The position numbers were made by a program, and so were the translations under genes. DNA of 64,000 nt from Octopus vulgaris (Eukaryota): NCBI GenBank assembly GCA_951406725.2, contig OX597821.1, positions 66,340,001 through 66,404,000 of the forward strand, read 5' to 3'. Below are positions 55,468 to 64,000 of the stretch, piece after piece (positions within the stretch are counted from its first letter, which is position 1; each line of letters opens with the position of its first letter). The notes below the pieces were generated by a model, which was not told the origin of the DNA, did not search any database, and saw only the letters and a program-made list of their open reading frames with translations.

Positions 55468-57072
55468 AGAAGATATATTATGTAAAATACAATAAACATT
55501 GATTTACACAAACATTCTGGAAAAGGAACACGATCTCTGTATTTGCAGAATAATATAGATTGCAGCAAGTAGCAAGTGAAGCTAATAAGTAAAAGCCGTA
55601 TTATGTACGCCGCTGGTATTGATTTTGAGGCCCACTAGTCAGTGAGAGGAAGTTTACTAGATAGGGCAAAACTGACTGAAGAGGAAAGAGAAAACTCGAG
55701 GAGAAACACTCTTCTTTTTTATATTATTTAGTTTAAATATATTTGATGGAGTTAATGGGTATTTGGTGTAAGATAAATTTGATTAAAGAATGATGGAAAA
55801 ATAATGTGGGCGTCGACGCAGAAAACGAAGCGAGATAGGAAAATATAGAGATGATGTTTGGGAGTAAAAGAAAGACTAAGAAAAAACCATAGAATCCGAT
55901 AGAATGGGGGGAAAGAAATGGGTGGAGGAATGAGGTTGGAAAGAGAGGGAATAAAATGATTTTAACACAAAACAGAGGAAATAACAACCCGTCAAATAAA
56001 AAAAAAAAAAAAGAGAGAGAAAAAAGCCGCAAAAGAAGACTAGTTGGATTAGTTTTAAAAGTAAACAGCAATTCAATATTCTTATATGAATAATTCAGTG
56101 CAAGAAAAGAAGTGACAGTGGAACTAGTTGTGAGAGTATAAGGGAGGGGGGGGTGGGGGTGAGGAATACGATGAGGGTAGTTAGAGGAGTGATAAAAGTA
56201 GTGAGATTATTGCAGAGGGCGTGACAGAGTAGAACATGACAGCAGCAGCAGAGGGCGCAACAGCAGCAACAGCAGCAGCAGCAGCAGCAGCAGTCTGACA
56301 AATTCGTGCTTTTCTAAATCCCACCCGGTAGATTAATTGATAAAGTGAAGTGGTAGCGTCCGAAAGAATTGAGAAATCTCTCTCTGTCTCTTTCTCTTTC
56401 TCTTTCTCTTTCTCTCTCTACATACACACATCCATCCATCCATACATACATACTTACATCTTTATTTGCTTCAGTCGTTAGATTGCGGCCATGCTGGAGC
56501 ACCGCCTTTAGTCGAGCAAATCGACCCCCCAGGACTTATTCTTTGTAAGCCTAGTACTTGTTCTATCGGTCTCGTTTACCGAACCGTTAAGTTACGGGGA
56601 CGTAAACACACCAGCATTGGTTGTCAAGCGTAACATAGCGGTTCGGCAAAAAAATCCGATAGAATAACTACTTAGGCTTACAAAGAATAAGTCGATTTGT
56701 TCGACTAATGGTGGTGCCCCGGCATGACGGAAGTAAAAATGACTGAAACAATTAAAAAATAAAAGAATATGTATATATATATATATAAGTGTATGTGTTT
56801 AGTCCATTCACTGAATGAACTAGGACGAGACACGTGGAATGCAGAGTTACTGAAGAGGTCAAAGATATTTAACGAAAGATTTCAGAAAAACGACACTAAA
56901 ATAATAATAATAATAATAATAATGAAGCTGAAGTGAAGACCAAGTATACAGCGCGTGTGCTTAATTGGCAAAAACTATGGCCGTCTCGAAATATAATAAT
57001 ATCTGCTTCAGCACACGATTTAACACCAGGAGTGTGCGTACACACACACACACACACACAGACACACACAGA

Positions 57073-57103
<31 letters not shown>

Positions 57104-57263
57104 AAATATATATATAAAGAGAGGGAGAGAGAGAGAAGGAGAAGGTGTGTTTGAGAGAAAAAAGACGTAACTTGAACGGCAGTATGGCTGCCTTAGGAAT
57201 GAAAAGATAAGCGTGTGTATTTATAACGAAATCTGTACCAATACCCATGTAGAGAATGTAATG

Positions 57264-57472
57264 CAGTAATCTCTCGCCATATCGTGGTTCACTTATCGCG
57301 GTTTATTATTTAAGCTTACGGCGATTCCCTACGCGGTGTTGTCTTGTATTTATAATGCAAATTATAAAGATAATAAAAAGAAAATACAGTACAGTACCGT
57401 TTCTAATTCGCAGATTTTCACCTATCGCGGTGGGTTTTGGAACGTAACACCCGCATAGTCGAGGGATTACTG
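57264..57472. mobile_element. pogo/Tigger-like MITE
   Basis: TIRs CAGTAATCTCTCG and CGAGGGATTACTG, TA on the right flank. Confidence 0.75.
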
Positions 57473-59286
57473 TACTCGAAGCCGCCATCACCACATTCCC
57501 CCATCGTAGCCCTAACCATTCTCCTTAGCAGCAAAACCACCATCACCACCACCAACACCACCAACACCACCACTACCACTACCACTACCACCACTACCAC
57601 CATCACCAACCACCACCACCACCATCATCATTATCATCAAAACCAACAGCAGCACAACGATCAACAACAACTGTATCGGTGATGATGTAATCTGTTCGAT
57701 GAGGGTTGTATTTTCTTTTCGGATGATTTCTGGTTCAATTCCCATGCGCAACACTTACTGACCAATGCCATTTGTGCCAAACATGGTAGATAAAACCGAA
57801 TGTCTTTGAACTCTTCTTCCTCTTTTTGCTTCTCTTCATTTAGGAAACTCTTTTCCGCATCCACTATGAGAATCGTGATGAAGGGCTTTGGCCACGAATT
57901 GGCTCTTATTTATGCGTTTAACGGGTAAATTTTTGAGTTTGCAATACAAGCTGCACACATGAACGACCAACTGGTTTCCAAATGCTGCCATTTCACTGAG
58001 TTTTAGTGAAACGTCAGTACTTGGAAATCCTCACTTGAGTACACGCTGGTGCTCCAGTATGACCGCAACTTAACGACTGAAACGAATGAAAAATAGAAAA
58101 ATAACTGATGAGATGTATTTGCATGTCACGTGTTAATTATACGCAAATAAGAAAGCAGAACACAACTTTTCACGCGGCAGTTTTCAATGGAGCTGAAGTA
58201 GAAGGGGTCCGATTACTGTCTCGTGTAAATCCCCATGATGTTGATTCAGTCAATTGCTTTGGTCGGTTGAAAGTTTGAAAACATTAGTAAGTAATCTTCA
58301 AAACTTTTGAGCCTTAAGTGTGATATCTAATTAAGGAATTACAGTTATATTTTGCAGAGCGTAACTCTGTGACTCCGTTTAAATAGGCCATTATATTCTG
58401 TGAACTTATTGATATTTCGGGTATCGAAGCATTCATACTATGAACATTGAGGGCTCCACAGTCTAACAACTTCAAATCACCTGTACCTTGTAAATTTAAT
58501 TACCGCCCACAGCCACCACCCCAACAACAGCAACACTTCATTAGCCACACTATGCGTGGCCCTCATTAATTTTTCCGGAAAGCATTTAAAGTCGCTCCCT
58601 CTCTCTTATTTTTATTATAGTAGTTATTCTGTAATTTTTTCGTGCAAAATTATAATTATCTCTCTTCCAAGTTATCTCCCTTTATTTTTTCTTCAGGGTT
58701 TTTCTTTTTATATTTTTAATTACCCCTCCTTCTGTTAGTTATTACCCCGGTTCGGTAGCATTGTCATTCATTTTCAAGTTGATTTAATTTAATTTTTCGA
58801 GAATTATCCCCATTGCCTCTATCATTTCTCGCTCATCGCCTAGTGTTTTTTTTCTCTGCAGAGCTTATCAAGGCATTTGTGAAGATACCAGCCCAAGCAG
58901 CCAAAAAAAAAAAACCCCCAAAAAACCAAAAAAAATCCCCAAAATTGCGATTTAATATAGTAATGAAATTCACTTGATTATGTTCCTTCTTTATAATTTT
59001 TGATCAAAATGAACCAGCAGACCTATGATCAAAAGTATTTGAGAGCTAAGATCCTAATTTTTTGTTTCGCATTTACTCAATCGTAATGTAACCAGAACTG
59101 CATTATCCAATATACCCTGCTTTAAAAAGATGAGATGTCACAAAAAACTTCTATACGATTATGAAAAAAGCCAGAAGGCTCGAAAAACAAAACAATTTTG
59201 CTGAAATGGGTGACGCAGTGGGACTCAACCCGGAACCATGTGGTTGGTAAGCAAGCTACATACCACACAGCATCAGCAGCAGCTGC

Positions 59287-59320
<34 letters not shown>

Positions 59321-60564
59321 TTTAACCTTATGTCAGCTTTTGTCGAACGGAGCTACGATCAAATGTATTCCATGCATTTCCTGCAAATCTCTTTTTTTTC
59401 AAAGTGTCCTACGACAACATAATATAGCTCGTCCTTTCAATTTTAAGTATGGTATTGTACACTTTGATTGCTATTATCTTGTTATTTCAAGCAGGTCGGA
59501 TGACATAACAACGTAGAGATGTCCTCACTAGATCTTAAAGTAGTAGTATTAGTAACAGTAGTAGTAGTATTAGTATTAGAAGAAGTTTCTAACATAGGCT
59601 CAAAGAAATTGAGAAGGATAGATGTGTAGTTGATTATATTGGCCCCCAATACATACATACCTTGTGGTTAAACAAGTGGGCTCTCGATCATAAGGTGTGG
59701 TTTCGATTGCCGGTCCAGGAGATGCGTTATGTTCTTGGGCAGGATCTTCACCTCACGTTGCTCCCACCCATCTATCTAGCAAAACTGAATAATATGGACT
59801 GACAGAGTGCCAGGTCAACATCGAATTAGCGTGGCAGATGTAGCATAAGTCTTTCAAGTATAAAGAATGATACGGTTTAAGTGGCCTGTTAGTTGGTTTC
59901 TAAGGGGCATAGAAACAACCGAAATTCCTCCTCTAAACGAAATGCCACACCGTTTCATGGTTTATTCAGTTATCACTGATTGTTTTGGTCAAGAACACAA
60001 CGCTCTACTCAGTCCTGGAATCGAACACCTGATCGCAAGTGCACCACTGTAACTTACTACACTACCTACCTTTTAACGTGTCAGAGGAACAAGAAAAAAA
60101 AAAACAAAACCTTCAGACCAGAATAGGGATACGTCCAGCAGAGTATTGACTTCTATATCCTATCTTTATTTCCGCTTTTTCTTTTTCAATAGTGTAATAT
60201 TTTATTTTATCGATCTCGCCCCAGAAAGCAGAAAAAGATCAAAATTGTTCCCACCGAGATTTGAACCTAGAACGAAAATAGTATATTAAGCATCGTATTA
60301 TTGATCAATTTTGTCGAAAAGACATTAATTTAATATGGCGCTCCGACAACTTTGTTTAGCTAACTGTTGAAGCCACTTCGCTAATGCTCGTAGGACAGGT
60401 ATAAGAATAAACGCATCCCATCTTATATTATCTCATCTCAGACGTTGTGGATTTTGTGGCGACTTAAATGAATTTTAATATTATCATTGTTTTTGTTTGT
60501 TGTTTTATTCTATATTTACTCGATTATCTTGTTTTCTGTGTTTTTGTTTTTCTTTTCGTTAGGC

Positions 60565-60606
<42 letters not shown>

Positions 60607-60832
60607 ATATATATATATGTGTATGTGTGTGTGTGTGTGTGTGTAGAGGTATTGTGCTTGACGTTTTGTCTTGATAATATTGCAGTTACTTTGGATATTA
60701 TTATTATTATTATTTTTATTATTTATTACTGAGACTTTCAGAAAACAAACGCTAAAGCCATTGATGTGTATGTACCCCTGGGGAGATTAGAGAGAATTTA
60801 CCAAGAGAGAAAGACAAAGAAAGAAAGGAAGG

Positions 60833-60876
<44 letters not shown>

Positions 60877-61200
60877 CAAAGAGAATGAGAAAAAGAAAGG
60901 GTGAAGTTGGGAGAGAGAAATATATATATATAGCAGATGCATTCACATAGCTAGATTAAACCGCACTTAAATTTTTTATGCTGAGGTTATTTTCAAATTC
61001 GTTTCAGACACACACACATATATATGTATGTATATATATATGCTTGTATAGTTCCAGACATTTGCGTATGTGTGTACATGCATAAATGTATATACATACA
61101 TTTATGCATGTATATATATAAAGGTGTGCATGCGCTTGTGTGCCTGTAAGCGTGTGTTGTAAAGGACAATTTATTTATATATTATTTATAGCTGAACGAA

Positions 61201-61217
61201 GCCAGCAGATGGCAGCA
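61201..61217 (+). promoter_or_regulatory. CTCF-like binding motif
   Basis: GCCAGCAGATGGCAGCA matches the CTCF consensus in otherwise AT-rich unique DNA. Confidence 0.35.
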
Positions 61218-62517
61218 GCGCTTCAGTGTCGAATATTTGCGAAATTCTGCTAGGTTGTTGATGTTATTTAGTTTCAGGTCAGATCGATGATCGAATGAAT
61301 TCCATCTGTGACTTTCCCATCTTTTTTTTTCCCCTCATTGTGTATCTAGGACTACATTTTCCAATGTGTAATTCTGTTTTTAAGACGGCAGCATGTATTA
61401 AGAAAATATATCTTACTGTTATGTCTAGTAGGTCACATGATCATATAAAGGCTTCTTCGATGACTAGATCTTGTCTATGTACAGTGTTAATTCAAATCAG
61501 CGAAATTTAATTCGGTCTTTTGGTCTTTGGTATTCTTTGGATGGGAATAAACTAAATATGGCTTACAAACAGCATCTTTCAATATTTAAGGATTTCGTAA
61601 TTGGCACTCCGTCGGTTACGACGACGAGAATTCTAATAGACCCGATCAACGGAACAACCTGTTCATTAAATTGATGTGCTAATGGCTGAGTACTCCGCAG
61701 ACACGTGCACACTTAACGTAGTTTTCAGGAAGATTCGGCGTGACACAAAATGCAGCAAGGCTGGTCCCCCGAAATACGAGTACTACTCATTTTTGCCAGC
61801 CGAGTAGAACGGAACAAATAGTGAAATAGTGTTTTACTCAGAGACACAACTCGCCGCCGGTAATCGAACTGACGACCCTATGATCGTGAGCTGAATACAC
61901 TAACTGTTAAGCCGAGCGACTTCACTATTAAAGGATTAGTGTTTATTTGAGATACAAACTTATCTTTGATGATGCACTTTTTCTGACACTTTGTTCACAA
62001 TGGTCGTCTATGACGAATCTCATTGTCACTCTACGATAAAACTTAAATGGATCATTCTTTGTCACAATCTCCGGGTAATGATAATAATAATAATAATAAT
62101 TACGGTAGAACTCCCCACTGTTGGGGAAGCATATAAGTGACTTAATCTCTTTGTCAATCGTTGTGTTTGTTGGCTATTTACACATTTAACCTCAGTGTCC
62201 CTCCTCTGTGTATCGTCCTCTATGTTTTGTCATCGGCCCTGGTGGCCAATAAAAAGAGAATTATTATCATCATTATCATTGAGTAAGAGAGCAGTGCCTG
62301 CCATCAAAGTGATACTGGGGTAAAATATACGAAGCCCAGTATACACAACGTTACTACCCGTCTAATTAGGGTACACCAGGCACAGGCATCACAATCGCAT
62401 ATGTGCGACAGATGACCTTAGTGGAATTTGAAATCAGAACGTAAATGCGGACATAATGTCGCTATGCATTTTGCTCGTCATGCTAACGATTTTTCGTCAA
62501 CTCACCGCCTAATAATG

Positions 62518-62569
<52 letters not shown>

Positions 62570-62968
62570 TAATAAATAATAATAATACAGAAGTAGTACT
62601 GGAGCATGATTGGAAGTGTTATAAAAGTGGTATAAAAGATGAACTACAGCAAATATTCTGCTCAATATCACAGATTTGCTTGGAATTGTTTGACCTTAAC
62701 CAGTTAAGCATGTCACTTAGTGGCTGATGATATGTGCATCTCTGATCATGAGCAGAAGTAGTTGGGGTGCATCATAGACATGTGTTGAGAGGAATTCTTT
62801 GAGGTTTGAATAATTCACCTCCGGAAACATGGGTGTTTCCTTCACCATCTTTAAACAAACTTTATTCAGGGATCTTTTGAGCCGGATGGGTTACTCGACC
62901 TGAAGAAAATTCTAAATGGGCCCCACCTGCAAGGTCATGCGCTGTTTATTTTGATATGAGACCACCAT

Positions 62969-63241
62969 GGTACTGAAACCTATTTGAAAATGATACCCGG
63001 TTTACCATCCCTACAGGAAGTGCAAAAAATCGTGTTAACTGGAACGACTCACGTACTGAGAAGAGCATTATCGCTGTGAAAACAACATCCATTCATGAAT
63101 TTATTTATTTATTAATTTTTTAAATACATATTTTACCTGTGAATTTGTGTGTGCAATCTGGGAATGCATACGATGAGCTTCTCTGCCCTAGGTGTACGGA
63201 AAACATTCAGCGAGAAACGGAAGAAAATTTGAAGAAAGAAG

Positions 63242-63245
<4 letters not shown>
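62969..63245 (+). mobile_element. Dong/R4-like LINE 3' end with (AAT)n tail
   Basis: TETYLKMIPGLPSLQEVQKIVLTGTTHVLRRALSL* (stop 63079). Confidence 0.8.
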
Positions 63246-63286
<41 letters not shown>

Positions 63287-63394
63287 TGATAATAATAATG
63301 ATGTTGATGATGATGATGATGATGAATGTTACAATTGAATGGTATGCACCGATGTGTTACATTTGCCATCAATATCATTGATATTGTGTCATGA

Positions 63395-63790
63395 TTGGTT
63401 TCCTTAGATATCAAGAAACTTTCGAGCAATCCTTGCGGTTTCTAATAAAGCATATTTCTGCATTAAGGCAACCCTCGTAGGTACCAAGCCTCTTGGTAAC
63501 GGTGCCCAAGATTTAGGATTTGATGCGCAAAAATCTTCTGCATTCGTCGCATTTTCCTTGCTAACTGTTGTTTCTTTTTTTTTCATTTTTTTTTTCATTC
63601 CTCTTGGTCTTTTATAGCTATCATATATTTACATCAGCAGACACAGAATCATCTATGATGACGCACTTTTTTGACACCAGTCCAGAAAGTTAATATCCGG
63701 TCGTCTTCCAAGAATCTCATGGTCAGTCCGTCTGGCCAAGTCTCATATGACCTTAAACCGAACATTCTCTCTTACAATCTCCGGTTGGCG
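63395..63790 (-). pseudogene. Decayed Dong/R4-like RLE domain
   Basis: rc QPEIVRENVRFKVI*D...TDHEILGRRPDI and MQKYALLETARIARKFLDI*. Confidence 0.7.
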
Positions 63791-63955
63791 TTGTTATCAT
63801 TATTGTTATTATTACTGTTGCTGTTGTAGTTATTGTTGTTGCAAGTAGTAATGTATAGATAGGAAGAGAGTTTACACACACACACATTTATGCATGCCAG
63901 TGAAAGTCCTTATATACTCGCTTATCTGTTTATCTATCTATGTATCTATCTATCT

Positions 63956-64000
<45 letters not shown>

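Noticed and set aside
57661-57905. Minus-strand coding exon ending at GTAAGT
   Set aside because: No convincing acceptor, upstream in-frame stop, no recognisable homology

Overview
Eukaryotic, AT-rich, extremely microsatellite-dense intergenic/intronic DNA. The SINE families and (TA)/(CA)/(AAT) density suggest an Octopus-like cephalopod (inference, not searched). No host protein-coding exon could be supported; almost all ORF-track entries are microsatellite artefacts. Recognisable content: (i) a young, 5'-truncated Penelope-like retroelement (RT + GIY-YIG, open frame 34583-36325) preceded by an inverted copy of its own 3' end; (ii) a LINE ORF1 with CCHC knuckle plus the start of an APE ORF2; (iii) decayed Naiad-type PLEs, CR1/L2-like, Dong/R4-like, Tc1/mariner, hAT, pogo/Tigger and Helitron remnants; (iv) many copies of three tRNA-derived SINE groups; (v) an intron-containing tRNA-Lys-like relic. 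The most striking signal is a set of at least seven unrelated fold-back (inverted-repeat) inserts in (TA)n tracts. Most carry minimal type-I hammerhead ribozyme-like motifs with unusual cores, including C3-G8, U3-A8 and G3-C8 covariants and U4C and A6U variants.
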